A stretch of DNA of 62,079 bases, filler included, from Deltaproteobacteria bacterium (GTDB taxonomy: Bacteria; JAEEML01), in NCBI GenBank assembly GCA_016283195.1. It is 5 parts of 5 records of this genome, joined end to end, with 100 filler letters (N's around TTAATTAATTAA, not from the genome) between each part and the next. Parts side by side here need not be neighbours in the genome. Positions count along the whole stretch, not along the records: positions 23,041 to 39,591 come from JAEEML010000132.1; 4 more parts are not named here. The stretch is one strand, 5' to 3'. Under the pieces are notes generated by a model, which did no database searches, was not told where the DNA came from, and saw only the letters and a list, made by a program, of their open reading frames with translations. Each line of letters starts with the position of its first letter. Within the stretch, counting starts at the first letter, position 1. A program made the translations under genes and the position numbers. Positions 27,868 to 38,477 of this stretch are shown one piece after another.

Positions 27868-28431
27868 ATGAAAATTCTTTTGCCCCTGTTATTAGCTATT
27901 TTTACAGCCGCTCAGGGGCAAGTAGTGCCGACAAAGAGCAAAAAAGAGGAGCCTATTCCCTTCCGCTGCGATCGCATGGCTATGGATGGCAAAAATTATA
28001 GCGTGAGCTGTCAGGGCAATGTGCTCATTAAGTATGATACTTTGCTCCTTTGCTGCGACACTTTCAGTGCCAGGGCCAATAAAGATTGGGAGTGGCAAAC
28101 TCTCGATTGCAAGGGGCGCGTGCGTGCTTATATGGACGACCGCTGGCTCTGGGGTGATGAGGGGCGCTATTTGGTAGGCGATGAAAAGCTGGAAATCAGC
28201 GGGGATCCGCTTTTAAAACAGGGGCGCTCTTGGTTTACCGGCAGCAAAGTTGAAGTTTACAGCAAAACCCAAACCGTGCAGCTCATAAAGCCGCGCGGTA
28301 CATTGGCCCGTGATGTGGATACCGGCAAAAGGCCCAAAGTTAATGCCAAAAAGTTGCCGGCTACCTGCCCGATCCCCTTCCGCAGTGCGGAAATTAACAA
28401 TCTTCCAACCGATGGCCATAGCGATGAGTGA
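27868..28431 (+). CDS. LptA/OstA-like periplasmic protein
   Basis: Signal peptide; beta-jellyroll-like pattern (GNV, GRV, SGDP); directly upstream of lptB. Confidence 0.65.
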   Translation: MKILLPLLLAIFTAAQGQVVPTKSKKEEPIPFRCDRMAMDGKNYSVSCQGNVLIKYDTLLLCCDTFSARANKDWEWQTLDCKGRVRAYMDDRWLWGDEGRYLVGDEKLEISGDPLLKQGRSWFTGSKVEVYSKTQTVQLIKPRGTLARDVDTGKRPKVNAKKLPATCPIPFRSAEINNLPTDGHSDE

Positions 28432-29173
28432 AAATGCCATAGATGCCTCTAATTTGTTGGAAGCCCGGGATTTGGTAAAAAGCTACAAGGGACGCCGGGT
28501 GGTTGATGGTGTCTCTTTCAAAGTAAAGACTGGCGAAGTGGTGGGCCTTTTGGGCCCTAACGGTGCCGGCAAATCCACCTCTTTTAATATGGTTATGGGT
28601 CTGGTGCGCCCCGATGCCGGCACCATTATGCTTGGCGGTAAAAATCTAACAAAATTGCCACTTTATAAGCGGGCGCGCGCCGGTATAGGCTATCTGGCCC
28701 AGGATCCGTCTGTCTTTCGCGGGCTCACTGTGCGCCAGAATTTTATGGCTGTACTGGAGCGCAGCAAGCTCTCTTACAAAGAGCGCCTGGCGCGGGTTGA
28801 AGAAATTCTTTCTTCATATTCTCTAAGTCATGTGGGCGATAATTACGGCCTTAGGCTTTCCGGCGGTGAAAGGCGCCGCGTGGAGGTGGCCAGAGTGCTC
28901 ATTCCCCACCCGTCACATGTGCTTTTTGATGAGCCGTTTGCCGGTATAGACCCCATTGCTGTTAAAGAAATTCAAAATATAATCATGGAGTTACGCCAAA
29001 AGGGCCTTGGCGTTCTTATTACCGATCACAATGTGCGTGAGACCTTGCACATTTGCAATCGGGCTTATTTAATTACCGAGGGGCGTATTTTTATGGAAGG
29101 CACGCCGGCGGAAATTGCCGGTAATGTGCAGGCGAGAAAGGTCTATTTAGGTGAGGAATTTAGGCTTGATTAA
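28424..29173 (+). CDS. lptB: LPS export ABC transporter ATPase
   Basis: GPNGAGKST, LSGGERRRVE, DEPFAGIDP, ITDHNVRETL, YLGEEF. Confidence 0.95.
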   Translation: MSENAIDASNLLEARDLVKSYKGRRVVDGVSFKVKTGEVVGLLGPNGAGKSTSFNMVMGLVRPDAGTIMLGGKNLTKLPLYKRARAGIGYLAQDPSVFRGLTVRQNFMAVLERSKLSYKERLARVEEILSSYSLSHVGDNYGLRLSGGERRRVEVARVLIPHPSHVLFDEPFAGIDPIAVKEIQNIIMELRQKGLGVLITDHNVRETLHICNRAYLITEGRIFMEGTPAEIAGNVQARKVYLGEEFRLD

Positions 29174-29239
29174 ACTGCCTAAAGGGGTAAAATACCCGGC
29201 TATGAAAAGGTACGTCATGTATTTTTGCGGAGTGCTGGA

Positions 29240-30775
29240 ATGGAAATAAAGCTTCAGCAACGTCTTAGCCAGCAAATGGTTATGACGCCGCAACTGCAGC
29301 AAGCTATTAAGCTCATGCAAATGACTTCCACCGAGCTCGAGGCTTTTATAGAAGAGGAGCTTTTGGAAAATCCGGCTCTGGAGCGCATGGAAGAAAATCA
29401 AAATGAGCCGCTTGCCGCCGAATGGAATATGGGTCTGGAAGAGGAAAACCAGGCTTTAGCAGGCGAGGAAACGTCTTCATCAGAGCATAGTGGCGAAGAA
29501 GAGTCTTTTGTGCCCGGCGAAGGCGGTGGCAGTGGTGACGAAGCTGCCGCTTCCGAAGAAATCAGCGAAAAGCGCATGGCCGAGGATATCGACTGGGAAA
29601 GCTACTTAAATACCGGCAATGCCATTTTGCCGCCGGCAGCCGGTGAGGGCAGCGATTATAACGAAGTAAGCTCTTTTGAAAATTATATAGGCGGCGCTAT
29701 TTCTCTCGCTGACCATTTGGAATGGCAAGTTAACGTGAGCTCCGATTTTAGCCCGGAAGAGCGGGAAATAGCCGGGCGCATTATCGGAGCTTTGGATGAG
29801 CGCGGTTATGCGCCGGCTGACATTGTCGATGCTGTGGCTGCCGATCTTTCCTGTTCGCCTGATTTTGTTCAGGCGGTACTTTTTAAAATACAGGATTTGG
29901 ACCCGACCGGTGTTGCTGCCCGCAGTTTGGAAGAGTGCCTGACTACACAGGCCAAAAGTTTTGGTATAAATAATGATATTGTTTATGCCATTATTGACAA
30001 ATATCTGGAAGAAGCTTCTAAAGGTCGCACTTTACAAATTGCCAAAGAACTCAAAGTAAGTGAAGGCGAGGTGCGTAAGGCGCTTAAACAAATTTCGCGC
30101 CTTGAGCCCTGGCCGGCCCGCAATTTTTCTTATACGCCGGCGACGGCAGTGCGCCCGGATTTAACGGTGATACGCAATAGTGCCGGTGAATACGAAGTTA
30201 GTGTGGAAGGTAATAGTTCTCAGCAATTATGCCTCAGCGGCTATTGCAAAAATCCTATTTTTAAAGATAACGCGGCGGCCAAAGTGTATCTTAAAGAGCG
30301 CATCGGACGGGCCAAATGGTTAATAAAGAGTATATATAACCGCGATAATACGTTGCGCCTGGTGATGGAAACCATCATAGCTTTTCAAAGCGACTTTTTT
30401 GCAACCGGCGATATCAAGACGCTAAAGCCGCTTATTCTAAAAGATGTGGCCGATCAACTGGAGATTAGCGAATCCACAGTTTCCAGAGCTACGGCCAATA
30501 AATATGTAGAGACCGAGCATGGAATTTTCCCTCTAAGACTCTTTTTTAAAACCAGTTTGGCATCCAGTGCCGGCGATGATGTTTCCACCGAAGGAGTGCG
30601 CCAAACTATTGCCGAGCTCATAAAGGGCGAGGACAAAGCCCATCCCTTGTCCGATCAGCAACTGGTGGATATTTTGCAAAAAAAAGGTATTGCAGTGGCC
30701 CGGCGTACTGTAGCCAAGTATAGGGAATCTTTAAATATTCCCTCGACATCTGTGCGCAAAAGAGCTATTAAATAA
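29240..30775 (+). CDS. rpoN: RNA polymerase sigma-54 factor
   Basis: MTPQLQQAIKL, ESTVSRAT, RpoN box ARRTVAKYR. Confidence 0.96.
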   Translation: MEIKLQQRLSQQMVMTPQLQQAIKLMQMTSTELEAFIEEELLENPALERMEENQNEPLAAEWNMGLEEENQALAGEETSSSEHSGEEESFVPGEGGGSGDEAAASEEISEKRMAEDIDWESYLNTGNAILPPAAGEGSDYNEVSSFENYIGGAISLADHLEWQVNVSSDFSPEEREIAGRIIGALDERGYAPADIVDAVAADLSCSPDFVQAVLFKIQDLDPTGVAARSLEECLTTQAKSFGINNDIVYAIIDKYLEEASKGRTLQIAKELKVSEGEVRKALKQISRLEPWPARNFSYTPATAVRPDLTVIRNSAGEYEVSVEGNSSQQLCLSGYCKNPIFKDNAAAKVYLKERIGRAKWLIKSIYNRDNTLRLVMETIIAFQSDFFATGDIKTLKPLILKDVADQLEISESTVSRATANKYVETEHGIFPLRLFFKTSLASSAGDDVSTEGVRQTIAELIKGEDKAHPLSDQQLVDILQKKGIAVARRTVAKYRESLNIPSTSVRKRAIK

Positions 30776-30819
30776 GTGGCGGGACAGAAATTTCCGGCGG
30801 CGCTGTTGGAGCGGAAGAG

Positions 30820-31773
30820 ATGATGAAAATCCCCAAAGAGAGCACATACGCCAAAGTGCTGGAAAATAATAAATATTACAGCCACTTGCAAGTTTTATGC
30901 GCCCACTCCGCTTTGGATAGAGAGGTTATCTCTTTGGCTGTGCGCCGCGTTGGCTTGGCTCTGGCCGGCTTTTTAAACTCTTGTGAAAAAGGTTCTATCT
31001 GGCTTCTGGATCGCGATGAGCTGAATTATTGGGCTTCAAAATATAACGAGCCGCAAATTATCAAAAATTTTGCCAATAAAGCTCAGCCGGCTTTGCTTAT
31101 ACTCTGTGAGGAAGAGAGTGCTCCTGATTGCCTGGTGGCCGCTCTTAGCGAGCAGGATATTCCCCTAGTGGCCACCGATATTTCCTGCCAGGAACTGGCG
31201 CAATCGCTGAGCTGGCAACTTGGCAAATGGTCTTCGCCGCGTGATATGACTCATGGCACCTTGCTGGATATTTTCGGCGTTGGAGTGCTTTTAAAGGGCA
31301 AGAGCGGTATCGGTAAGAGCGAATGTGCTCTGGAGCTCATTATGCGCGGCCATCCGCTGGTGGCCGATGATGTGGTGGATCTCACTTTAAGAAGCGACCA
31401 TGTAAATGGCTCCAGCCCGGAACCTGTTAGAAATCTCTTGGAAATACGCGGCCTTGGCATTGTTAACGTGCGCGACCTTTTTGGCATTATTGCCGTGCGC
31501 GACAGCAAAAAGATAGATATGGTGATTGAACTCACCGAGTGGCAGCCCGGCCAAATGGTTGAGCGCCTGGGTGTTGAAGAAGAGCAAACAGAGCTTTTGG
31601 GAATATCTCTGCCTTATTTGGTTATACCTGTGCGCCTGGGGCGTGATTTAGGCTCTATTATCGAAGTGGCCGCCAGAAATCTGTTGCTCCGCCAGGCCGG
31701 TATTAATACGGCTCTGGCCTTGGAAGAACATCTTGATGAGATAATTGCCCATAATAAGGAATACGGAGAATAG
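30820..31773 (+). CDS. hprK: HPr kinase/phosphorylase
   Basis: HGTLLDIFGVGVLLKGKSGIGKSE, LVADD, LEIRGLGI. Confidence 0.92.
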   Translation: MMKIPKESTYAKVLENNKYYSHLQVLCAHSALDREVISLAVRRVGLALAGFLNSCEKGSIWLLDRDELNYWASKYNEPQIIKNFANKAQPALLILCEEESAPDCLVAALSEQDIPLVATDISCQELAQSLSWQLGKWSSPRDMTHGTLLDIFGVGVLLKGKSGIGKSECALELIMRGHPLVADDVVDLTLRSDHVNGSSPEPVRNLLEIRGLGIVNVRDLFGIIAVRDSKKIDMVIELTEWQPGQMVERLGVEEEQTELLGISLPYLVIPVRLGRDLGSIIEVAARNLLLRQAGINTALALEEHLDEIIAHNKEYGE

Positions 31774-32664
31774 ATGAATCCTCTAAAAATAATAATAATT
31801 AGCGGAGTTAGCGGTTCGGGAAAATCCACGGCCATTAAGGCTTTGGAGGATCTCGGCTACTACTGTGTGGATAATTTGCCGGGCATTCTTATTGAAGATG
31901 TTTTGCAAGTGGCCGAAGATGAGGGCCATTACAAAGTGGCTTTTGGTATTGATGTGCGCGATGCTAACCATATTCCCAAGGTGCCGGGGCTGATTGATAC
32001 TTTGCTGAAAAAAGGCCACCAGGTTGAGGTCATCTTTTTGGATTCCGGCGATGAATTTTTAGTGCGCCGCTTTAGCGAAACGCGCCGCCAGCATCCCATG
32101 GCCAAAGACGGCGATTTACTTAGCGCCATCACCAGAGAGCGCCATCTTTTGGAGCCCATTCGCCAAAGAGCCACTAAAATTATTGACACCAGTGGGCTCA
32201 CCATTCATGAACTAAGAAAATATATTAATGATTTTATTGGGAAAAATAGTTCAAATGGCAGTGATATCGCTATTTCGCTTGTGAGCTTTGGCTTTAAAAA
32301 CGGCCTTTTGGCGCAAGCCGATTTAATTTTTGATGTGCGCTTTTTACCCAACCCTTATTTTGTGCCGGAGCTTTCTCCTAAGAGCGGCCTTGATGATGAT
32401 GTTTTCCATTATGTCATGGATAACCCCAAGACAGTAGAGTTTTTGGAGCATCTTTCTAAGCTGTTATTATTTCTTATTCCGCAGTATATTGCCGAAGGAA
32501 AGAGTTATCTTACCATCGGTATTGGTTGTACCGGGGGCAAGCATCGCTCGGTTTCTATTGTGCGAGCGCTAAATAAAATGCTTTTGGAGCATGGTTACCA
32601 AAATGTAATGCGGCATCGTGATTTGCCAAAAAGTGTTAATAAAGCCGCCGAAGTGAGTGGCTAG
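31774..32664 (+). CDS. rapZ: RNase adapter RapZ/YvcJ
   Basis: SGVSGSGKS, FDVRFLPNPY, IGCTGGKHRSV. Confidence 0.93.
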   Translation: MNPLKIIIISGVSGSGKSTAIKALEDLGYYCVDNLPGILIEDVLQVAEDEGHYKVAFGIDVRDANHIPKVPGLIDTLLKKGHQVEVIFLDSGDEFLVRRFSETRRQHPMAKDGDLLSAITRERHLLEPIRQRATKIIDTSGLTIHELRKYINDFIGKNSSNGSDIAISLVSFGFKNGLLAQADLIFDVRFLPNPYFVPELSPKSGLDDDVFHYVMDNPKTVEFLEHLSKLLLFLIPQYIAEGKSYLTIGIGCTGGKHRSVSIVRALNKMLLEHGYQNVMRHRDLPKSVNKAAEVSG

Positions 32665-32676
32665 AGGAGGGTAAAG

Positions 32677-33096
32677 ATGATAGGTGTGGTTATTGCTGCT
32701 CATGATAAGGTGGCGGAAGCGCTTTTGGCGGCGGCAGCCAGTGTATTGGGGGCTATAGACCATGTGCAGGCCATCACTATTGACCCTCGTGATGATGCCG
32801 CGATGATTCAGGAAAAATTTAAAGCCAAAGTTGAAGCGGCCTCGCGTGATGGCGGCGTGCTTATTTTAACCGATATGTTTGGCGGCACGCCGTCAAATAT
32901 CGGCCTGACTTTGCATGATGGCCAAAATATAGAGCTGCTTACAGGTGTAAATTTGCCTATGGTAATAAAAGCCGCTCAAATTGCCAAAAATGAAATAACT
33001 TTGGACAAAGCGGCGCAAGCAGTAAAAACAGTGGGCTTAAATGCCATTACTATTGCCAGTGAAATGCTGGCTATACCGGCGCGGAAGGCCAAATAA
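32677..33096 (+). CDS. PTS EIIA component (mannose/fructose family)
   Basis: MIGVVIAAH, LTDMFGGTPSN, GVNLPMVI. Confidence 0.9.
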   Translation: MIGVVIAAHDKVAEALLAAAASVLGAIDHVQAITIDPRDDAAMIQEKFKAKVEAASRDGGVLILTDMFGGTPSNIGLTLHDGQNIELLTGVNLPMVIKAAQIAKNEITLDKAAQAVKTVGLNAITIASEMLAIPARKAK

Positions 33097-33374
33097 TGAA
33101 TAGCGAACTTGAAGAGAGTGTCACCATTACCAATGAGCTCGGTATGCACATGCGGGCAGCCGGGCGCTTTGTGGAACTGGCCGGCCATTTTGCTGCCGAT
33201 GTCACCCTGATTAGCAGCGGCATGGCGGTTGATGGCAAGAGCATTATGGGCGTTCTTTCTTTGGCTGTGCCTTGCGGGCACACGGTTACTGTTAAAACCG
33301 CCGGACCCGATGCTAAAGAAGCGCTCGCGGCGCTGATTAGCCTTATTAAAAACAAATTTGACGAAGCTAAGTAA
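33096..33374 (+). CDS. ptsH: Phosphocarrier protein HPr
   Basis: NELGMHMRAA (active His) and DGKSIMGVL (regulatory Ser). Confidence 0.9.
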   Translation: MNSELEESVTITNELGMHMRAAGRFVELAGHFAADVTLISSGMAVDGKSIMGVLSLAVPCGHTVTVKTAGPDAKEALAALISLIKNKFDEAK

Positions 33375-35143
33375 TGGATAATTTAGTAAATTACAGCCGA
33401 GCTACTTTAACGGGCATAGCTGTTTCTTCCGGCACTGCTTTGGGGCGTGTGCTCCTCATCGAGCGTGAAAATTTTCGTATTCCCCGCTACCATATCAACG
33501 CTTCGCTTTTGGAAGCCGAAAAACAGCGCCTGGAAAAGGCCATCAGCCGCAGTATTCAGCAAATAGACAACATCATCTATTCGGTGCAGCAATATGGAGC
33601 CCAGCCGGAACAGCAAGCGCTCCTCATGGCTCATAAGATGATTTTACAAGACGACCTCTTCATCGGCCGTATTAAGCGCAATATTGCTACGCAGCAAATA
33701 AATGCCGAATGGGCTGTAAGTAAAGCCGTTAATGAAGTGGGCCTTCTTTTTGAACACCTTGAAAGTGATTATTTCCGCGAGCGCAGAAGCGATATTGCCT
33801 TTATCGGCAAGCGTCTCTTGCGCAGCCTTTTGGGACATAGTTCCGATATTCCGGCTTCCATGGGCGAAAAAGCCGTGGTTGTGGCCCATGATTTAAGCGC
33901 TATTGATGTTATTCAGCTGGCTCATAAGAATGTGCTCGCTATTGTTACCGCCCTCGGCGGCTTCACCTCGCATGCGGCTATTATCACCCGCAGTTTGGGG
34001 ATTCCCGCCGTTTTTGGTGTCAGCCAAATAGACAGAGTGGCTTTTGATGGCCAAACTATCGGTGTTGACGGAGCCAGCGGTGAGGTTTTTCTCTCGCCCG
34101 ATGCCCAGGTGGAAAAGCGCCTTTCGGCCCAGGTGGCGCGTCTTAACGAGCAGCGCGAGCAATTATCGGAAATAAAAGACTTGCCGGCAGTTACCGAGGA
34201 CGGCCAGGTTATTCACTTATATGGCAATATAGAATTCCCCGATGAAGTGCAACAAGTTAACCAAAACGGCGGGGAGGGCATTGGCCTTTATCGGACAGAA
34301 TACCTCTTTGTCGATCGTCAGGATGCTCCAACTGAAGATGAGCATTATCAAGTATATAGGCGTGTTTTGGAACTCTCCGGCGGCAAAGAGGTAACTATTC
34401 GCACCATTGATTTGGGCTTTGACAAAACCTTTTTGGCCGGCAGTGTCTCGCGGGTGGAAAATAACCCGGCTTTGGGTGTTAGAGCCATTCGCTTATGCCG
34501 CGAGTATCCGGATTTACTGCGCAATCAGCTGGGGGGGATTTTTCGGGCGGCGCTTTACGGCCCCTTAAAACTGCTTATCCCCATGGTCAGCGGGCTGGAA
34601 GAGATAGCCTGGGTGCGCACCATGATGAGTGAAGTGGCCGCCGATTTACAAAGCCGCGGGCTACCCTATAAAGCCGATTTGCCGCTCGGCATTATGATTG
34701 AAGTACCGGCTGCGGTGACTATTGCCGATATTTTGGCGCGAGAAGTGGACTTCTTCTCACTGGGAACCAATGATCTCATTCAGTACAGCCTGGCTGTTGA
34801 CCGCAGCAACGAAACACTGGCTTCGATTTATACCCCCTGGCATCCGGCTATGCTGCGCATGATCGATAGGACGGTAAAAGCGGCGCATAATGCTGGCATT
34901 CCGGTGAGTATTTGCGGCGAAATGGGAGCTAAAGCAGCTTTTGCTATCATTTTTGTGGCATTAGGGATAAACTCTATTTCTATGAATGGCTCGGCCATTC
35001 CCGAGGTTAAGTGGGCACTGCGCCATTCCTCGGCTGAGGCGGTTAAACATTTATGGGATGAGCTTTTGGAACTTAAGAGCAGTGAGGAAATAACAGCCTA
35101 TATTAATGCGCATTTACCGGCGCTCTCTGTTGGCATGAGGTGA
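33374..35143 (+). CDS. ptsI: PEP-protein phosphotransferase (enzyme I)
   Basis: GGFTSHAAI, GIGLYRTEYLF, IMIEVP, FSLGTNDLIQY, ICGEM. Confidence 0.93.
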   Translation: MDNLVNYSRATLTGIAVSSGTALGRVLLIERENFRIPRYHINASLLEAEKQRLEKAISRSIQQIDNIIYSVQQYGAQPEQQALLMAHKMILQDDLFIGRIKRNIATQQINAEWAVSKAVNEVGLLFEHLESDYFRERRSDIAFIGKRLLRSLLGHSSDIPASMGEKAVVVAHDLSAIDVIQLAHKNVLAIVTALGGFTSHAAIITRSLGIPAVFGVSQIDRVAFDGQTIGVDGASGEVFLSPDAQVEKRLSAQVARLNEQREQLSEIKDLPAVTEDGQVIHLYGNIEFPDEVQQVNQNGGEGIGLYRTEYLFVDRQDAPTEDEHYQVYRRVLELSGGKEVTIRTIDLGFDKTFLAGSVSRVENNPALGVRAIRLCREYPDLLRNQLGGIFRAALYGPLKLLIPMVSGLEEIAWVRTMMSEVAADLQSRGLPYKADLPLGIMIEVPAAVTIADILAREVDFFSLGTNDLIQYSLAVDRSNETLASIYTPWHPAMLRMIDRTVKAAHNAGIPVSICGEMGAKAAFAIIFVALGINSISMNGSAIPEVKWALRHSSAEAVKHLWDELLELKSSEEITAYINAHLPALSVGMR

Positions 35144-35146
35144 AAA

Positions 35147-35770
35147 ATGAAAATACTGGCTGTAACATATATTTTGACGGCACTTTTAGCTGCTTTGCCG
35201 GAAAATCCCAATCCCTGGCAGGATAAGGGCACCACTAAAGGTACGGCTGTTTATGTGCGCGATGTGCCGGATTCCAAAGTGCGCGAAGTGAAGGCCGTAG
35301 CGGTTATTCCGGCGCCTATAGAGCGCGTAGCAGCCACCATCGCCGATGCTGTTCATTATCCGGAATTTATGTCCTACACCGAAGAAGTGCAGATTTTAGA
35401 GACTATTTCGCCAAATGAATTTATAATTTACCAGCGCATCGCGCCGCCCATAGTCGATGAACGTGATTATGTTTATCATTTTGTAATTAAAAAAGAATCC
35501 CCGGAAAAAATTATTCTCTCCTGGACGCCGGTAAATGATAGAGGGCCGGCTCCCAAGAAAAAAGTGGTGCGTCTTACTGTAAATTACGGCAGCTGGACGC
35601 TGGAAGCGCAAGGCAAAAATGCCACCAAAGTAACTTATTGGCTTTATACCAATCCGGGGGGCTCCATTCCGGCTTGGGCTACCAATAAAGCCAATACCAC
35701 CAGCCTGCCTGATGTGCTGAAATCCGTTAGAGAGCGCACACTTAATCCCAATTGGAAAACGAAAAAGTGA
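35147..35770 (+). CDS. Secreted START/SRPBCC lipid-binding domain protein
   Basis: Signal peptide; PPIVDERDY, GSWTLE, TNPGGSIPAW. Confidence 0.8.
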   Translation: MKILAVTYILTALLAALPENPNPWQDKGTTKGTAVYVRDVPDSKVREVKAVAVIPAPIERVAATIADAVHYPEFMSYTEEVQILETISPNEFIIYQRIAPPIVDERDYVYHFVIKKESPEKIILSWTPVNDRGPAPKKKVVRLTVNYGSWTLEAQGKNATKVTYWLYTNPGGSIPAWATNKANTTSLPDVLKSVRERTLNPNWKTKK

Positions 35771-35828
35771 TATGTTCTAATGGCTGACGCCCGGTCTCCC
35801 TTGGGCTAGGTTTGTTCTGCCCCGAATA

Positions 35829-37085
35829 TTAGACGCTCAGTTTGCTCTCCAGCTCACTGAGGCGCGCGCGTACTTCCAAAACCTGGGCAGCCGTAGTAAA
35901 GGGTTTGGCCATTTCTTCCAAAAATTCGCCTCTTGGTATGTAGCCGGGAATGCGCTGTTTCAATGCGCGGATAAGCGCCAAATCGGTATCTGTAAGCAAG
36001 TTTTCCGCTCCTGCCAGCTCAAAGCGTGCTTCAATATGGGCCGCTTTTTGGGCCAGTTGCCAGGTGCTGCCAAAGCCTTTGCGCATATACCAGGTGAGAG
36101 CGCAGTGCTTCAAGCGCTCGGCACAGCCCAAAATATCTTCTCCGTGAAAAAGCTCAATAGCTAAGGATAGATAGCCCTCAATGCGGATAAAAAGATTAAG
36201 CATTTGATCGATGTCGCCGGGCTCTACAGCTTCCACCACCGAGGCCGTATTGGTGATAAATATGAGCTCCTGCTCCAGGCGATCGAGAAGTGCGGCGTCG
36301 TCGATGCTCTCTAAAACGCGGGCGAAAGCTTTGCCCTCCGGCAGGCGCTTTAGGTAAAAAGAGGGCACAGTTACCGGATTATCGAGCGGTAACGGCGGGG
36401 GCAGGGGATCATCGCTTTTTAGCGGAGAATAAAGCTTTGCCGCCTCTTCATAAGGCAAAAAGCCCAGCTCTTCCATGCGCGAAGAGCGAAATTGGTAAGC
36501 CATTTCCTCTTGCTCTGAGGGCAGCTCCCAGGCAATGGCCTGCACGGTGCGAAAGCCCAGTTGCAAATCCTCTCTATATAAAAGATCGATCAAAGTGAGC
36601 GGATTAATTTCATCGGAAGCGGGCATTTTTTTGAGATCTATTACAAAAAAGCCGTCCGGTGTTTCAAAGCGCGGAAGCTCCTGCTCGCCGTCAAAGAGCG
36701 TCGGCGGTTGCGGTTCATCCTTTTCCAATTGGGTCACCACCACCTTTTCTTGCAAAAAGGCAATGAGCATTTCCGGATCTATAATATCCATGACCCGCAT
36801 GAGTGTTTCCGGTGAAATATTAAGAGCTACGGTAAAATAGGTGCTGAGCGAGTTATAATTGGGGCGGTCGCCTTGCCAGGCATCCATATCAAAAAGGCTG
36901 CGGATTTGCCGGGCCGAGCCGTAAGTGATGAGCTCCTCCGAGTCTTCGGCACCGCGCTGTTTTAAAATAGTGGTGAATGATACTTCATCGAGAGCGGCCA
37001 CCTGATCGGGCTCTAAAAAGCGATTAAGAGAACGAGGGTCATATTCTTTGGCTTTAATAAGACGTTTTTTAAAAATAGAATCCAT
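35829..37085 (-). CDS. Conserved hypothetical protein (DUF6178-like)
   Basis: FDMDAW, ETPDG, SEQEEMAYQFRSSRMEELGF pattern seen in deltaproteobacterial/myxobacterial hypotheticals. Confidence 0.65.
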   Translation of the reverse strand: MDSIFKKRLIKAKEYDPRSLNRFLEPDQVAALDEVSFTTILKQRGAEDSEELITYGSARQIRSLFDMDAWQGDRPNYNSLSTYFTVALNISPETLMRVMDIIDPEMLIAFLQEKVVVTQLEKDEPQPPTLFDGEQELPRFETPDGFFVIDLKKMPASDEINPLTLIDLLYREDLQLGFRTVQAIAWELPSEQEEMAYQFRSSRMEELGFLPYEEAAKLYSPLKSDDPLPPPLPLDNPVTVPSFYLKRLPEGKAFARVLESIDDAALLDRLEQELIFITNTASVVEAVEPGDIDQMLNLFIRIEGYLSLAIELFHGEDILGCAERLKHCALTWYMRKGFGSTWQLAQKAAHIEARFELAGAENLLTDTDLALIRALKQRIPGYIPRGEFLEEMAKPFTTAAQVLEVRARLSELESKLSV

Positions 37086-37100
37086 TTTAATTTCCAGTGG

Positions 37101-38477
37101 TTAGAGTTCTATGGTTTGGTTGTAGGTTGGAATAAAGATATTTTTGTGCCCAGCTTCTTCGAGCGCTTTTTTGAGACCTTCTTCGGCTGCCGGTTCTCCG
37201 TGTACCAAAGCTATTTGCTGCGGCCCGGCATCTCCCATAGAGCCAATCCAGCGGCTGAGCTCATTTTGATCGGCATGGGCCGAAAAGCCGGCAATTTTTT
37301 CAATATGGGCAGCCACCATCACTTCTGTACCGAGCATTTTTACCCGCTCGGCGCCGTCGATAATAGCCCGGCCTCTGGTGCCTTCAGCTTGGTAACCAAC
37401 GAATAATACTGTTGTTTTTGGATCGGGAAGGCGGTTTTTGAGGTGGTGCAGCACGCGGCCGCCTGTAGCCATGCCCGAAGCGCTGATGACAATAAAAGTG
37501 CCCTCCAGCTCGTTTAATTTTTTCGATTCTTCATTGGTTAAAACATAGGTGAGCAGGCTGGTGGCAAGCGGGTCGGAAAGACGCTTAAAAACTTTTAACA
37601 TATTTTCATCTACATCTTCGGGGTGATCCAAATAAATGCGTGTTACTTCCTGAGCCATTGGGCTATCGAGATAGACCGGTAGCAAGGGAATTTCGCCGCT
37701 TTCTTCCAATTCGCGCAGCACATAGAGTAGCTCCTGGGTGCGCCCCACAGCAAAGGCAGGAATGATGAGCGCGCCGCCGCGATCTATAGCGTCATGGATA
37801 ATTTTGGCAAATTGTTCTTTGGGGTCGGCCTCCGGGTGGCGGCGGTCGCCATAGGTGGATTCACAGATTAAAAGATCTGCCGGCGCAAGCTTGGCCGGCG
37901 CGGGCATCACCGGTGCTTCGGCCCGGCCGACATCGCCGGAAAAGATAACGCTCTTGCCCTCAGCTATAAGCTCAATATGGGCCGAACCCAAAATATGGCC
38001 GGCGCGGTGGAGGCGGATTTTGATATCGTCGGTTACGTTAAACCATTCGCCATAAGCGTGGCCGCGCAGCAAAGTAATGGCGGCTTCGGCATTATCCATA
38101 GTGTAAAGCGGCTGTGCCGGTGAGTGCTTGGAATAGCCGAATTTATTGGCAAAAGCCGCTTCTTCTTCTTGCAATTTGGCGGCATCGCGCAGCAAAATAG
38201 GCACCAGATCCACCGTGCCGTTTGTGGCATGCACCGGCCCTCTAAAGCCCTGATAGACGAGGCGCGGCAGATAGCCGCAGTGGTCGATGTGGGCATGAGT
38301 CAAAATAAGGGCGTCGATAAGCCTCGGCGCCACAGGAAAGGGCTGCCAGTTGAGCTCGCGCAGCTCTTTTAAACCTTGGTAAAGCCCGCAATCAATCATG
38401 ACAATACTACTCGCTGTTTCCACAATGAAACGCGAGCCGGTAACCGTGCCTGTTGCTCCCAAAAAGGTGATTTTCAT
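37101..38477 (-). CDS. MBL-fold beta-CASP ribonuclease
   Basis: LTHAHIDHCG, AGHILGS, ESTYGDR, FAVGRTQE, FSAHAD, VHGE. Confidence 0.92.
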   Translation of the reverse strand: MKITFLGATGTVTGSRFIVETASSIVMIDCGLYQGLKELRELNWQPFPVAPRLIDALILTHAHIDHCGYLPRLVYQGFRGPVHATNGTVDLVPILLRDAAKLQEEEAAFANKFGYSKHSPAQPLYTMDNAEAAITLLRGHAYGEWFNVTDDIKIRLHRAGHILGSAHIELIAEGKSVIFSGDVGRAEAPVMPAPAKLAPADLLICESTYGDRRHPEADPKEQFAKIIHDAIDRGGALIIPAFAVGRTQELLYVLRELEESGEIPLLPVYLDSPMAQEVTRIYLDHPEDVDENMLKVFKRLSDPLATSLLTYVLTNEESKKLNELEGTFIVISASGMATGGRVLHHLKNRLPDPKTTVLFVGYQAEGTRGRAIIDGAERVKMLGTEVMVAAHIEKIAGFSAHADQNELSRWIGSMGDAGPQQIALVHGEPAAEEGLKKALEEAGHKNIFIPTYNQTIEL

